A stretch of DNA of 64,000 nucleotides from Macrostomum lignano (Eukaryota): the NCBI GenBank assembly GCA_002269645.1, contig NIVC01000034.1, positions 1 through 64,000 on the forward strand, written 5' to 3'. The position numbers were made by a program, and so were the translations under genes. This document shows, piece after piece, positions 38,763 through 59,385 of this stretch; the stretch's first letter is position 1; each line of letters starts with the position of its first letter. The notes under the pieces were generated by a model. That model worked only from the letters and a program-made list of their open reading frames with translations. It ran no database searches and was not told the DNA's origin.

Positions 38763-41145
38763 CTCACTGATAAGATCTGAGTGGAGTGCAGGCTCACTGA
38801 TAAGATCTGAGTGGAGTGCAGGCTCACTGATAAGATCTGAGTGGGGGTGCAGGCTCACTGATAAGATCTGAGTGGGGGTTGCAGGCTCACTGATAAGATC
38901 TGAGAGGGTTGCAGGCTCACTGATAAGATCTGAGTGGGGGTTGCAGGCTCACTGATAAGATCTGAGTGAGGGTTGCAGGCTCACTGATAAGATCTGAGAG
39001 GGTTGCAGGCTCACTGATAAGATCTGAGTGGGGTGCAGGCTCACTGATAAGATCTGAGTGGGGGTTGCAGGCTCACTGATAAGATCTGAGAGGGTTGCAG
39101 GCTCACTGATAAGATCTGAGTGGGGTGCAGGCTCACTGATAAGATCTGAGTGGGGTTTGCAGGCTCACTGATAAGATCTGAGTGGGGGGATGCAGACTCA
39201 CTGATAAGATCTGAGTGGGGTGCAGACTCACTGATAAGATCTGAGTGGGGTGCAGGCTCACTGATAAGATCTGAGGGGGGGGGGTTGCAGGCTCACTGAA
39301 AAAAAATGTGTGTGGGGAGGGGGGGTTGCAGACTCACTGATAAGATCTGAGTGGGGGGATGCAGACTCACTGATAAGATCTGAGTGGGGGGATGCAGACT
39401 CACTGATAAGATCTGAGTGGGGGGATGCAGACTCACTGAAAAGATCTGAGGGGGGGGGTTTGCAGGCTCACTGATAAGATCTGAGGGGGGGGTTTGCAGG
39501 CTCACTGATAAGATCTGAGTGGGGGGATGCAGACTCACTGATAAGATCTGAGAGGGGGTTGCAGACTCACTGATAAGATCTGAGAGGGTTGCAGGCTTAC
39601 TGATAAGATCTGAGGGGGGGGGTTGCAGGCTCACTGAAAAAAAATGTGTGTGGGGAGGGGGGTTGCAGACTCACTGATAAGATCTGAGTGGGGTTGCAGG
39701 CTCACTGATAAGATCTGAGAGGGTTGCAGGCTCACTGATAAGATCTGAGGGGGGGGGGTTTGCAGGCTCACTGATAAGATCTGAGTGGGGGTTGCAGGCT
39801 CACTGATAAGATCTGAGTGAGGGTTGCAGGCTCACTGATAAGATCTGAGAGGGTTGCAGGCTCACTGATAAGATCTGAGTGGGGTGCAGGCTCACTGATA
39901 AGATCTGAGTGGGGGTTGCAGGCTCACTGATAAGATCTGAGAGGGTTGCAGGCTCACTGATAAGATCTGAGTGGGGGTTGCAGGCTCACTGAAAAAAAAT
40001 GTGTGTGGGGAGGGGGGGTTGCAGACTCACTGATAAGATCTGAGTGGGGGGATGCAGACTCACTGATAAGATCTGAGTGGGGGGATGCAGACTCACTGAT
40101 AAGATCTGAGTGGGGGGGATGCAGACTCACTGATAAGATCTGAGTGGGGGGATGCAGACTCACTGAAAAGATCTGAGGGGGGGGTTTGCAGGCTCACTGA
40201 TAAGATCTGAGAGGGGGTTGCAGACTCACTGATAAGATCTGAGGGGGGGGGGTTGCAGGCTCACTGAAAAAAAATGTGTGTGGGGAGGGGGGGTTGCAGA
40301 CTCACTGATAAGATCTGAGTGGGGTTGCAGGCTCACTGATAAGATCTGAGAGGGTTGCAGGCTCACTGATAAGATCTGAGTGGGGTGCAGGCTCACTGAT
40401 AAGATCTGAGTGGGGGTTGCAGGCTCACTGATAAGATCTGAGTGGGGTGCAGGCTCACTGATAAGATCTGAGAGGGTTGCAGGCTCACTGATAAGATCTG
40501 AGTGGGGGTTGCAGGCTCACTGATAAGATCTGAGAGGGTTGCAGGCTCACTGATAAGATCTGAGTGGGGTGCAGGCTCACTGATAAGATCTGAGTGGGGG
40601 TTGCAGGCTCACTGATAAGATCTGAGAGGGTTGCAGGCTCACTGATAAGATCTGAGTGGGGTTGCAGGCTCACTGATAAGATCTGAGAGGGTTGCAGGCT
40701 CACTGATAAGATCTGAGTGGGGTTGCAGGCTCACTGATAAGATCTGAGAGGGTTGCAGGCTCACTGATAAGATCTGAGTGGGGTGCAGGCTCACTGATAA
40801 GATCTGAGTGGGGGTTGCAGGCTCACTGATAAGATCTGAGTGGGGTTGCAGGCTCACTGATAAGATCTGAGTGGGGTGCAGACTCACTGATAAGATCTGA
40901 GTGAGGGTTGCAGGCTCACTGATAAGATCTGAGTGGGGTTGCAGGCTCACTGATAAGATCTGAGAGGGTTGCAGGCTCACTGATAAGATCTGAGTGGGGT
41001 GCAGGCTCACTGATAAGATCTGAGTGGGGGTTGCAGGCTCACTGATAAGATCTGAGAGGGTTGCAGGCTCACTGATAAGATCTGAGTGGGGTGCAGGCTC
41101 ACTGATAAGATCTGAGTGGGGGTTGCAGGCTCAATGATAAGATCT
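38763..41145. repeat. ~30-bp minisatellite (ctcactgataagatctgagtggggtgcagg)
   Basis: Direct reading. Confidence 0.95.
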
Positions 41146-41260
41146 AAAAATCAAAGGTAAGCTTGAGAACAGTTAATGATCAAAGAATAAGCATACGGTA
41201 AAATCTAAACCAACAAGTCCGCAATAGAAAGCACCAAAGAGTTGACATATTAACATGTCT

Positions 41261-41874
41261 TCAAGCCTGCTCATCCGGCCCAGAGCCAACCTGAGCATGC
41301 CCGATCGAAGCAGCAGCCTCGCTAATAGAATCTGCGGCAGCTTTAGCCGCATCTAATTGACGTTTCTCAGCCTCTTGACGCTTATAATCTGTGTTAAACA
41401 TTAGCGTGTAGAGAATGGCCAACACTGCAGCCATACCAGCGAACACTAGACAGGCCAGGCTGTAGTCCATAGGAGGCGGTACAGCACATGCTGTCAGCGC
41501 TGTCGTGGCTGTAGGAGTCGCCAACACCTGGCCAGCGACCATGAGCACCACGGAGGCCAACTGACCAGCTAGCACAAGAAGGCCAGTGCTCACCGCCTCT
41601 CCAACAGGATGAGTAGCTTCTACGCCCAGTTCCAATGCTATCGGATAGAATGCGAAACCGAATGCGCCAAATGCCGCAATCGAGGAGACTACGGCAGCGT
41701 GAGAATTTGGCCGGCCAATCAAGGCGGCGAATGCGGCTGAGGTGGCCGCGGCCAAGCTGAAGGATACCTGAGAGTGGGGTTGGGGTGGGCCAAGGAATTA
41801 CAGCCCAGAAATCCCACTAATTGCAGAATGTCGAAAATTTCACCAATCACGGCTATCAACCATCTATCTGTCTG

Positions 41875-41920
<46 letters not shown>

Positions 41921-42092
41921 ATCTATCTATCTATCTGTCTATATATTTATGTATCTACCTATCTATCTATCTATCTGTCTATCTATCTATCTATCTAATC
42001 TAATCTATCTATCTATCTATCTATCTACCTATCTATCTATCTATCTGTCTATATATTTATCTATCTACCTATCTATTTATCTATCTATCTAA

Positions 42093-42135
<43 letters not shown>

Positions 42136-42172
42136 CCTATCTATCTGTCTATATATTTATCTATCTACCTAC

Positions 42173-42214
<42 letters not shown>

Positions 42215-42215
42215 G

Positions 42216-42250
<35 letters not shown>

Positions 42251-43149
42251 GTCTATCTATTTATCTATCTATCTATCTATCTACCAAAAACAAACCAAAT
42301 AGGTAACAAAAAGTCTACCTATATTTTCCGCTAAAAATCTACTCGGGATAAGCAAGAGTACTATTTCTGCAGCTGCAAATATTAAATGTACGACACTACT
42401 ACGACTACGACTACGATTACGACTACTACTACTCTACTACTACTACTTCTACTACTACTACAACAACAACTACTACTACTACTGCAACTACTAGTGCTAC
42501 TACTACTGACAATCTAGCTTCAACTGATCGGCAGTGCCCAGTCGCCTGTGACCAGGGGCTGTGCAGGCGGCGATCTGTGACCAGACGCCGCCAACTGCGT
42601 CTCTCGTGGCCTGTCTGGCTACCCAATTAATTACTGTATATGAATTCAATAGTTACATCTAATTATTTACACTTATTTATGCAAAGTTCTCAGTGCTCTG
42701 TATTAATTTAATATTTGTTTTTTTCTACGGGCGTAATTAACTTATTTGTTGAACTTTTCAAGATGCTTAGTCATACACTTCTACGCTTTAAATCTGGTTT
42801 TCTATAGCACCTAACATATTTATTTTTGTGCAAGGCTTTAGCTGCAAGACTTTAACCAATCAGCGTGCTTCAACTCACGTTTTTAACTAATTATACGTAC
42901 ACATCTTTACTCAACACTGCTCAGTGCACCCCCAAACGTTGCATGTATATATTGAAATTATGTTAAAATAACTTCACAGCCAATATATTTGTTTTTAAAC
43001 CCGAATAAATAAACCCTGACGAAGGCCCAGTCCGGGCCGAAATATCGGTTTCTGAATATTCGACAACTAACGTTCTTCAATATTTCCGTGTGTGTGGTTT
43101 GCAGTTTGAAGCTGCCTTTTGCATATCTATCTATCTATCTGTCTATCTG

Positions 43150-43184
<35 letters not shown>

Positions 43185-43194
43185 GTCTATCTAT

Positions 43195-43230
<36 letters not shown>

Positions 43231-43286
43231 TTACCTATCTATCTACCTATCTATCTGTCTATATATTTATCTATCTACCTACCTAC

Positions 43287-43348
<62 letters not shown>

Positions 43349-43349
43349 G

Positions 43350-43400
<51 letters not shown>

Positions 43401-43401
43401 G

Positions 43402-43432
<31 letters not shown>

Positions 43433-43457
43433 GTCTATCTATCTATCTATCTATCTG

Positions 43458-43529
<72 letters not shown>

Positions 43530-45067
43530 CAGTCGTCTCACCTTAGACAGTGTTATAAATCTCTTCGTATAGTCTGCAACAGCTCCGGCCACCCCGGCCC
43601 CAACCAGTCCAGCACCAATCAGCACAGCGCCGCAGATGCCAGCAAACTGATCTGAGTAACCATACGGACACAGAATCTGCTCCAGCAGGGCTGACAATGC
43701 CGTGAACAGGCCCATTCCAGCGCCTACGGCTAGCAACAGTAATCCGAAAGCTCGATTAGTTAAACAGGCACGAATACTCAACCAGAATGTGAGATGCTGA
43801 GCAGCAGCAGATTGATGCAGCTCAGATTCAGCAACACCTGGCGCTTGTCTAGTAAAAATTGACGTAACAACAGAGAACAGCAAAGCAGCTGCCGCAGCCA
43901 TAAAGTACACTAAACTGACTAACGGCAGGTCAGTTTTCGATTTCACTAGCAGAGGCGATAGGATATTAGTGAGCAGAATTCCCAATGGATTGGACATGCT
44001 GCCCAGTGTGTTAGCAGTAGCCCGCTGGCTGACAGGAAATTCTGACGCAACAGCAGTTGGAGAAAACATGAAGAATGGCTGAGCAATGGCAGCTGTAATT
44101 TGGCCAGCCAATGCCAGAGAGAATGATGGTTGAGCTAGTATGGCGCTAGCGTACCGCATGGCGCCACCAGATGCACTGAAAATGGCGCCAATTAGAAGAC
44201 CGGTGCGAACGCCAAGTCTGTGTTGTGGGGAAGATTATGGAGAGTTGGCTTCTGTTAATAGCAATTCCAGTGTCAGTCATAAAAATAATTTTCAATAAAA
44301 TGTACACAGGCATCAAATGGGAATTATTTGGATAGTTATGTGCTCAAGGGGAATTATTTGGATAGTCATGTGCTCAAGGGGAATCATTTGGATAGTCATG
44401 CGCTCAAGGGGAATTATTTGGATAGTCATGTGCTCAAGGGGAATTATTTGGATAGTCATGTGCTCAAGGGGAACTATTTGGATAGTCATGTGCTCAAGGG
44501 GAATTATTTGGATAGTCATGTGCTCAAGGGGAATTATTTGGATAGTCATGTGCTCAAGGGGAATCATTTGGATAGTCATGTGCTCAAGGGGAATCATTTG
44601 GATAGTCATGTGCTCAAGGGGAATTATTTGGATAGTCATGTGCTCAAAGGGAATCATTTGGATAGTCATGTGCTCAAGGGGAATTATCGAGATGGTAGTG
44701 TTCTTGAGGGGAATTCTTATGAAAGCAAATTGCTCCTCAAGGGTATTAGTCAAATAGACAATAAATAAATGATAAATTTTGCAAGTATTTACCTATCCAG
44801 ACAATATGCAGTTGGCAAGCCAAAAACCAGTGAAGCAAGAGGATAGACAAGAGCCAGCCAGTTAACACCATCAGCAGTTACATTATAGAACAACTGAGTA
44901 TAGTCAGCAATGGCTGAATAAGTTATCCATAGGGCAGCATTGGATACATTCAACAAACCCAATGTTAACACTAAGAACCAGCGATTAAAAAGTGTTCTAA
45001 TTGTAGCAGTATCGTTTGAGTCATTGCTGCTATGAACTAGATATACTGTTCCACTGTTGCTCTCCAT
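41261..45067 (-). CDS. SLC49A3: MFS transporter, SLC49 (FLVCR) family, SLC49A3/MFSD7-like; complement(join(41261..41767,43542..44217,44793..45067)), 485 aa
   Basis: [21 protein letters not shown]|LGVR, FSPT...[26 protein letters not shown]. All junctions are GT-AG and in phase. Confidence 0.85.
41865..42510. repeat. (TCTA)n microsatellite followed by (ACT)n
   Basis: Direct reading. Confidence 0.95.
43124..43528. repeat. (TCTA)n microsatellite
   Basis: Direct reading. Confidence 0.97.
44320..44690. repeat. 30-bp intronic minisatellite (tgctcaaggggaattatttggatagtcatg)
   Basis: Direct reading. Confidence 0.93.
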
Positions 45068-46361
45068 GCTTACTGACTGTGCTGCATAAAAAATAAATTT
45101 TTTATTATAAATTAAAAATTGATAAATAAAAATTTGAGTCTTTATGAAAATATAATTATTATTAAAAAGAAAATTTTTATTAAATTCACTTATGAACAAA
45201 GTTTTTTTAATCTTTTTATTGGTTATATATAATAAAGTTTTGCTATAACCAAAATTTTACAAGTGTATATTATATATCTATTTCTTAAGAGTTTGAAATC
45301 TCTAAGTATGTATTCTTTACAAAATTAAAAATGTTTTCCATTTTTGAACAAGTAGCAGCTGCTAATGTAATGAATCTATGGTGTTTGCCAAAAAATTTCA
45401 AACTTAGAATTAGACACATAGCTAATGTTCTTAAAGCTTTTAGATTGGCTAAAAGTCACTTGCTAAACCTCTCTTATTGGTTGCTATACTCAAATATTCT
45501 TTTGTCTTCTAACTCAATCTTTTCTCTAAATTAAGCACTAAATACAAGCCTATAAGCCTATAAATTCCCAAAAACTATCCAAGAAAATAAATGCATTTTT
45601 AAGAAAAATATTTATCTCTAATTTATAATAGATATCCATACTATTATCAAAACAATATTTCCATATTTTCTTTTTGCAGCATCAGGAAAGTAGATTAGAG
45701 ATTCATCCATGGCCTAATGCAACATCATTAAGATTAAAAGCACAACACTAACTTCACAAAGTACTAATTCATAGTAATAGTGGTACTCCAATTGACTGAC
45801 AGCATCTTGATAATCTTGTGAATTTCTAAAGTCTATAAACTGTAACACTATGCCTTTCGTAAAACTTAGTCTGTGCTTTTAGCAGAAGCTCGTCAAAAAG
45901 GACAAGATTTTCTGAAATTGGTGTTTACATTTGAATTGTGAAATATTCTGCTTTCTAATATTTAGCTTTTAGACATTATTTTTGTTTGGCACTTTACGAA
46001 TTACGCGTTTTATTGGTGATAAAATTTGTACTAGTGATTGATAAGGGACCACTAGATAGAAGGATCGTCTATAAAATTTCTGATGAAGTACAAACTAAAT
46101 TACCGCTGCAGCATACAAATACAGATAAGAAACAAGTGCAAATACAAATGCATGTTTATAGTTTATTATATAATAAGAAACAGTCTTTAATAATGAATGT
46201 TGAATACATAGTTCTATTTTTATACTTTAAAGTCTTCTTTGTTATGTTTTTATTGTTCTTTAAAAAGCAAAAATTTATATGTTTTTTTCTAAGATTTCTT
46301 TAGAATTCGAACTTGGGCGAATATGTGGCGCAACAATAAACAACTATGCTAGTCAGTAAAA

Positions 46362-46875
46362 GCCTGTCAACTTGAGCTTATAAAAGTGGAGCCCGAGTAA
46401 CCAATGTACTCAAATGATGCATCATTCCGTTCACAGTGTCATTAAGAAGCTTCAGCATTTAGCACAGCTGGAATCTCAGAATTTAGCGCAGCTGGAATCT
46501 CAGCATTTAGCACAGCTGGAATCTCAGCATTTAGCACAGCTGGAATCTCAGCATTTAGCACAGCTGGAATGGGTTTGGCTTTGGCAAAAAAATGACGAAA
46601 GTTGGACTTGAGATAGCCATAAAGGATAAAGGAGATCGGGAGAAAAAGCGAGGGGATAATAAGGTCAAGAACTCTACCCTACTTTATGAGCTAAAGTTGA
46701 CATAATTTTCCAAATTATTCCCTTGCTTGTTTTTCCTTATCCTAAGTCCAACTTTTGTCACTTTTTTTGCCAAACCTAGCTTCTTGGTGTCACTGTGAAA
46801 TGTGAATGTCAGAGATGTATCACTTGTGAACATTGGTACTTGGGCTCCACTTTATGAGCTTAAGTTGAAAGGCCC
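46362..46875. mobile_element. MITE, copy 1
   Basis: Inverted termini TGTCAACTT(G/A)AGCTTATAAAAGTGGAGCCC...GGGCTCCACTTTATGAGCTTAAGTTGA. Internal 24-bp repeat. Confidence 0.7.
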
Positions 46876-49177
46876 TTTGTATTTTCTCAGCTATGTGAGA
46901 ATGAAATTCTAACATTACAATTTAAAAAACCTAAAAATAGGTTTTGGAGTTATTTTTTATATCCAATTTTTATAAACATGTAGCCGCGATGTAGGCTGAG
47001 GCTAAGGGGCAAGACCTAGTAGGGCTAGGCCTACTTTGTGTCATTTGTGATTAGGTTAGGCTAGGCCAAGCAGCTTCCAGACAATCCGGCGACATTGACA
47101 AGATGATCCAGCGACAGACAAACTGGCAACAGTCAAATTGGCGATAGACGATCCAGGGACAGATTTTGTATTGTATATAGATTTTATAGATTTTAGATAA
47201 AAATTTATATATAAAACAAAACTTTACATGAACTATTCTAGTTTTCAATTTTATACGTAGAGATAAAGAATTCACCTTAGGACAATAATTATATCTTTTC
47301 TAATAAAAATTTTACATTATGTCCGTACTTCTGGCAGTTTAGGATATCACGACTAACATCAAACGCATTTTAGGCCCTAATATATCTGCAGATGATAAAA
47401 CTATACGTAGTGTGTGGCCATTAGTGAAAATATAAAAGAATGCTTTGATTTATTGCAGTTCCCCATTTTTAAAACAATACATGTATATGTATCATAAATA
47501 TAAGAAAACAAGCTATTGATAGTTGATCCAAATTTACACATTTTGAACCTGATAAATTCCAATTCTCTTAGTCTCAGTTATTTTTGCATACATTCTAATA
47601 AAAAAGTTAATAACAATTATAATAAAAATAATAATCATAATAGTTATAACAATAAAAGCTCTGTTTAATCTGTTTAAATAGCAATCACTGGCTTTCATGT
47701 AATAGCTTTTTACTATAAATTGTTGCCGGACCGGATTGACTGTCGCCGGATTGACTGTCACCATTTTGACTGTCGCCAGATTGTCTGTTGCCGGATTGAC
47801 TGGAAACCAGCCTAGCTATAGCCACCTAGGTCCATCTAAGCAGAGGACATAATATCTTTGTTGCATGTTGATGTTCTGTAAAATGCATTGCACTAGGCCT
47901 AGTTTAAATACTAATTTATAAAACTAAATTGACAATATGACTTAGTCTCGGCCTAACCTTAGCCTTAAATTATTATTTATTTTTAATTTTTAGAACTATC
48001 TTTAGCAACCCAAATTTAACATAGACTTATTATTAGACCCCCAACACTATACTCCACTCAAAGGCAGATTTAGAAATATACCCAACAATAGCCCCCCCCC
48101 CCTAGTCAAAAGTTCTAGTTCCTAGTTATTTCATTACCTGCCATTTTGTCATCTATGATATCTGGGGTGCTCACCTTGACTAGGCCTAAGGTCACTTTGT
48201 CATCTTAATTAGCATGCACTACCTGAAGAGAATCATTTTGTCAATGACCAATTATATTAGTTCTAATTTCCAAGTGAATTAATGTTGCAATTAAATATAT
48301 TTAGGCCTATTTAGAATCCTAATGATCCCAGTCAGTTTGTCATCTCTATTATAAAACCTATTAATTGATTGGTTCTGCTTACTGCAGCTTATAGTTTATA
48401 AAGGCAAAAATAGTTTCTACTAACTCAAATCTTACATAGATTGATTGGTTGATAATGAAATGTCTAGCATAACTAAATATTTGGTCACTTTGTCATCTTT
48501 TTTTTCAAAGCTACTTTGTTTCTAGTTACTTCATCATCCAATAAAACAAAATTGAATATATGACAGTCTGACTAGTGACCTTATCTACTAAGCAAACTAC
48601 CATTTCTATTTAGACTTTATGAATTTTCAATGAGAAGTTTTGTCTCTAACTAGGCCTGGCTATGTGCAATTTATATAGGTGCTATTTTTTATTAGTTGCA
48701 GGGGGTTGTGTGCACTTTAAGCCACATAGGCACACAACCAGCAAGAGGCATTACTGCCCATTCCGCTGACTCCCCTGAGCAGGCATACAAGTGTGTGGAT
48801 ATGTACGCTGGCACATACTAACATAGGATTTTCATAGAGAGAAGTTTCCCCTGCAACAATTTGGTGGCATAATTCAAAAAATAGGACTAAGCCCTATAAC
48901 ATAAGCTCTTGTTGAAAAGGATCCAAAATTTTATGTCTAAGACCTTGTTGACTTTGTAGAAATTGAAAAAAATAGCAAAGGAACAAAATTTTGACTGAGG
49001 ATTTGCACCTTTAAAAAGTTTCTACTGCCATAGAAACAACTTTTTCAATAAGCGCAAGGTGGAAAATAAGATAGTGGATATAAATGAACAATACTAGTAT
49101 AAAGAAAACAATAGCTGCTGGCTTGGCCAAGGAAATATATAACTATTTGATTTGTAGATAGTTAAGGGACTATTATA

Positions 49178-49427
49178 TGTCAACTTAAGCTTATAAAGTG
49201 AGCTGAGTCTTTTCAAACTGCAACTATAAATAACTAATTTTGCTAATTTGGTAACTAATAACTTATCTATCTAGAGTCTCTATAATTATCCCCTTGCTTG
49301 TTCTCTGTCCCAAGTCCAATTTTAGTCACTGCCAAACCCTGCTTCCTGGTATCACTGTGAGCAGAATGTATCATTTGTGTACATAGGTTACTTGGGCTCC
49401 ACTTTATGAGCTTAAGTTGACAGGGCC
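49178..49427. mobile_element. MITE, copy 2 (same family as 46362-46875)
   Basis: Same TIRs and shared internal blocks (cccttgcttgtt, aagtccaa, tcactgtga). Confidence 0.7.
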
Positions 49428-50175
49428 TTTAACCATGCATCATTGTGTAATATTACATTTAAAAAATCTGGCTCCCCAGTATACACAGCATTATATTGCC
49501 CAGGACCTTTTTTATATATAATAATTTTCTCAAAAAAGCAAAATTAGTTATTTATAGTTGTAGTTTTAAATTAGTTTTAGCTTTGATAAGATCATAATTT
49601 TATTCTTTATCTAGGTTTTATATGACTAGTTTTAAATTCAAGCTTTACTTATATATAGTATAGGCTAGAATTATTATTTATTCTAATTTTGAGTAGGTTT
49701 TCATGCCTTGTTTAAAGTTAGGGTTGATAAAAGCAATCATTATAAAAATCTTTATATCCTGAAACAACCCATTGACCATGCCCTAATGGTTGGCTATTGA
49801 CCATTTGGTTGGGTTAAGTTTAGGTTGATTAAATCAATTCTTATGAAAAATCCCCCATCTCAATACTATAGTTGTTGGCTTTAAGCTGAGTATTGGCTTT
49901 AAGCTGAACTAATTGCAGTCTGTAGTATGCAACTAAAACTGCCACTTATAAAGATCTGGCTAAGAGTGACCTGTAACTCATTGGCAGGCTATTATTACAC
50001 ACAGGGGTGACTATTTTGTTGGACAAATATAACATGATTTTTATATATTCTAGCTAATTATAGTTCATTAAAAGTACAAGAACCTTCTAAACGACCAGAT
50101 GCTATCTGGTTAATTGTCTGTCATTTTTCTACTTTTTTAGACAAATTTTCCAATGGATATTCCATAATCTCATTC

Positions 50176-56453
<6,278 letters not shown>

Positions 56454-57317
56454 ATCTGACTGTCCATTATTAATTAAAGATTAATCTGCTACAAAGAGCT
56501 ACAGAATTCTACAAAGTGTTACAGAGTTCTGTAAAGGGCTAAAGTGTTCTACAAAAAAACTGCATGGTGCTAAAAACAGTTACAACCAGCTTTGTAGCTC
56601 TTTACATTGAAAAACATGCCTTGCAGAATATTGTTGAGATAATTTTTTAAAGATTTGATTATTTTAATTAAAAAATAGTTAACTTTCTCTCATTAACACA
56701 CATCCGGTGCTTTCATTTTTTGTGAATTTTTCAATAATATTTTACAGATATTCGTAAATATAGTTTATATGTACAACAACTAATTGATTGCTTAGGTGAC
56801 TGTCACTGATTGCAATATTGAAATATTTTTTTCGAGGATTTTTTAGCGTAAAGTGCTAAGCCGTGCTTAATACCACGTTTTAGCATCTATAATGTTTTCA
56901 TTATTTTTCAAAGATTACTATGCTGTGCAAATTGCTATATCTTATTGCGCCCCATTGTATGCTTGAATTAATTGATAGAATTTTTCTAATTATATTTTCT
57001 GTTCAAAAAATACAATGAAAGAAATTTTATCTCGACGTATTGCTCTTTGTGTTTTTGATAAATTTATTTAATTTTTATTATAGCAAACAAGGTCTACTCT
57101 TGTGGATGATAGAATTGCCTCAGCGCTAGCGCTGTATTTGCAATACATCTGTCATTATGATAAATAGTTTAGATCATTATATCATATACCACCAGTTATA
57201 TTAATATCATAGTCATAAATCTTACCAAACTACCGGTACAAAACTTTATGCTCTTCAAGCAAATTATCTGCAAATAATTAAAAATTGTTCTAAAAAATCG
57301 ACTAGTAAACACCCGAG

Positions 57318-57387
57318 ATGTCTGCTTTAACTCCTCGAATGTCGGGAGCAATCGTCTGCCTCCTAGTGCTTATCGTCGGTGTACCAG
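57318..57387 (+). CDS. Leader (signal peptide) exon of the MAM-like variable-exon gene
   Basis: MSALTPRMSGAIVCLLVLIVGVP+G, hydrophobic core, strong donor G|GTAAGT, phase 1. Confidence 0.8.
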
Positions 57388-57463
57388 GTAAGTGCAACGC
57401 TTTCGTTGCTTATTAAAATTACCCAATCAAAATATGAAAGACTTTAAATAAAGTATTCAATAT

Positions 57464-57488
57464 TTGGCAAGGCTCGTTGCTCCATTCT
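57464..57488 (+). promoter_or_regulatory. Putative intronic docking site TTGGCAAGGCTCGTTGCTCCATTCT
   Basis: Reverse complement (AGAATGGAGCAACGAGCCTTGCCAA) matches the motif found upstream of each variable exon. Confidence 0.85.
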
Positions 57489-57813
57489 CTATATAGTTGA
57501 AAAATTGGCTAATATGATAAAATAATTTTTTTCGAATGAGTTGCCTGAGTAGTTTAAAAATATTGTCTTTAAATTTTTTTGAATGGGGCTAAGATGCGCA
57601 TTTTTTCACGAATTTGTGATTCATTGTAACAAAACAAAATATGATAATTAATTATCTAATTAATTTGCTTGAATTTATATTTAAAATCAGTAGCTTTAAG
57701 TTATTATAATGCGATTAGGAGTTAACGAGATTCTTTCATATCATACGCTCGTACATGATCAATGTGTTTGCAAAAATTGTTGCTCTAGCGTGCATCGATT
57801 GCGCCTACTCTAG

Positions 57814-58198
57814 GGGTGCAAAATTCACTGGCTGTTTTTGACGATTCGGTGTCAGTTTCGTGCGACTTTGAACAGCAACATTCTGCTGCTAGTAGAAGTT
57901 CGTCAAAAACTGATTCTCAGTTCTGCAACTGGGTAGATTTAGCCTGGAAACCGGGCAGTGCTTGGCAGATTCGCTATCTGACAGAGTTCAACACTCAGGC
58001 TGTCTGTCTGCACGGCGGCTCAGCCAGACTGCAGAGTCCCTGGTGGATTGATTCTGCTAGTAGCAATTTCAGGCGTCAGAGTGCTCAGTGCTTGTCGTTT
58101 GCTTATCACGTAACTCCTAACAATCAATTAGGAGATTCATCGAAGTCTTCTATCGAAACTGACTTACCTCAACTGGCTTTATTGAAGAATACTCACGG
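57814..58198 (+). CDS. Variable exon V1, MAM-like N-terminal part
   Basis: 385 nt, phase 1 to 2. CDFEQ..CNW..W..CL..ARLQSPW..CLSFAY..LLKNTHG. Weak selector GGAGTTAACGAG at 57718-57729. Confidence 0.82.
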
Positions 58199-58490
58199 GT
58201 AAGTTTAGGTTTTTATTAACTCAAGGGAAAAACGTCTCTTGCCAACAGCACAAACTCGTGCATCTTTCTAACGATAGAAATCACTTAGTCAATTGACCTT
58301 TTTTCTCGGAAAGCATCCCTGACGACATGCATTGTTAAAACATAACATTACCACCTCTAACAGGACTTGTGGCTTAGTTTTTTTAGTGATATCGCAATTA
58401 GTCCTTGTATAAGTTTATGGAGCAGCGAGTCTGCTCCGAGATTTCCTACATAAAGTCTACTGCTTATAATTATTAATATGCTTTATGCAG

Positions 58491-58881
58491 TGTTGGAGGC
58501 AGTTGCAGTCAGTACTGGAGCTAGTGTAATGGAAGAAGAGTCCCTATCAACGGATCGCTGGTCAAGCGACGGTTATAATCGGGAATTAGAATGGCGTCGA
58601 TTTGCTATTCATAGCAGTCTGAACGCTGGTTCTCCTGCCTCGTCAGTTAACGTTAGAACCGGATCTGCAATTACGAATAGTTGGTGCACAGCTGGATTGA
58701 TTCCTTCACCGTCGGTTGCTGTGTCTGGTCGGTTGTTAAGCGACTGGGTGCGCAGCGGCCGCGATAGCAGCAATGGACTCTGCTTGTCGTTTAGTTATCG
58801 TATCGACTATGGACCAGAACGACGGAAAAGCGATGTTGACGATACCGCCGCAGTGTTGGCTCTTCTAAGGCGATCGTCGGG
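58491..58881 (+). CDS. Variable exon V2
   Basis: 391 nt, phase 1 to 2, ends LLRRSSG|GT. Selector ATGGAGCAGCGAGTCT at 58417-58432. Confidence 0.8.
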
Positions 58882-59021
58882 GTTAGAAAAATGCTTTGAT
58901 TTATGTTCTGTTTTTTGCATTTGCTTAGCAACGAGCCTTAGCTTAATTGATTGTGTTCGTACTTAGCTTGGCTGGTAACTTGAGAAAATTATTTATAATT
59001 ACCAACGCTTCGATTGCGCAG

Positions 59022-59385
59022 CGAGTTCACTTTCGTCGTCTGGTAGTGCTAACCGAATGGTTATTAAACAGCTCACCTGCAGTGGTAGCGGTTTCGGCAG
59101 TAGTTCTCAATCTTGTAATTGGTTCAACGATATCGGCTATAATACTGAGGCGCATTGGAAGTTGGCTAGCATTGCCGATTCGGATGGTAGCGCTGCCACC
59201 GCTGCCACTTATCGAACCAGTTATTGCGCAGTTGTCACTGGCGGTGCTACTAGCGCACAGCTTGTATCGGCTAGATTTGTTAGCCTATTCATTGCTAGCA
59301 GTTCGGTCAGCGAAGGCTGCATGCAGTTCTCTTACCAGCTAGTTGATCGGCAGAGTCAATTGCAATTGTTGAAGCGCAATTCCGG
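59022..59385 (+). CDS. Variable exon V3
   Basis: 364 nt, phase 1 to 2, ends LLKRNSG|GT. Selector AGCAACGAGCCTT at 58927-58939. Confidence 0.82.

Noticed and set aside
43088-43655. YLSI-repeat and VCLS-repeat ORFs (also 51920-52955)
   Set aside because: (TCTA)n and (TCTG)n microsatellites.
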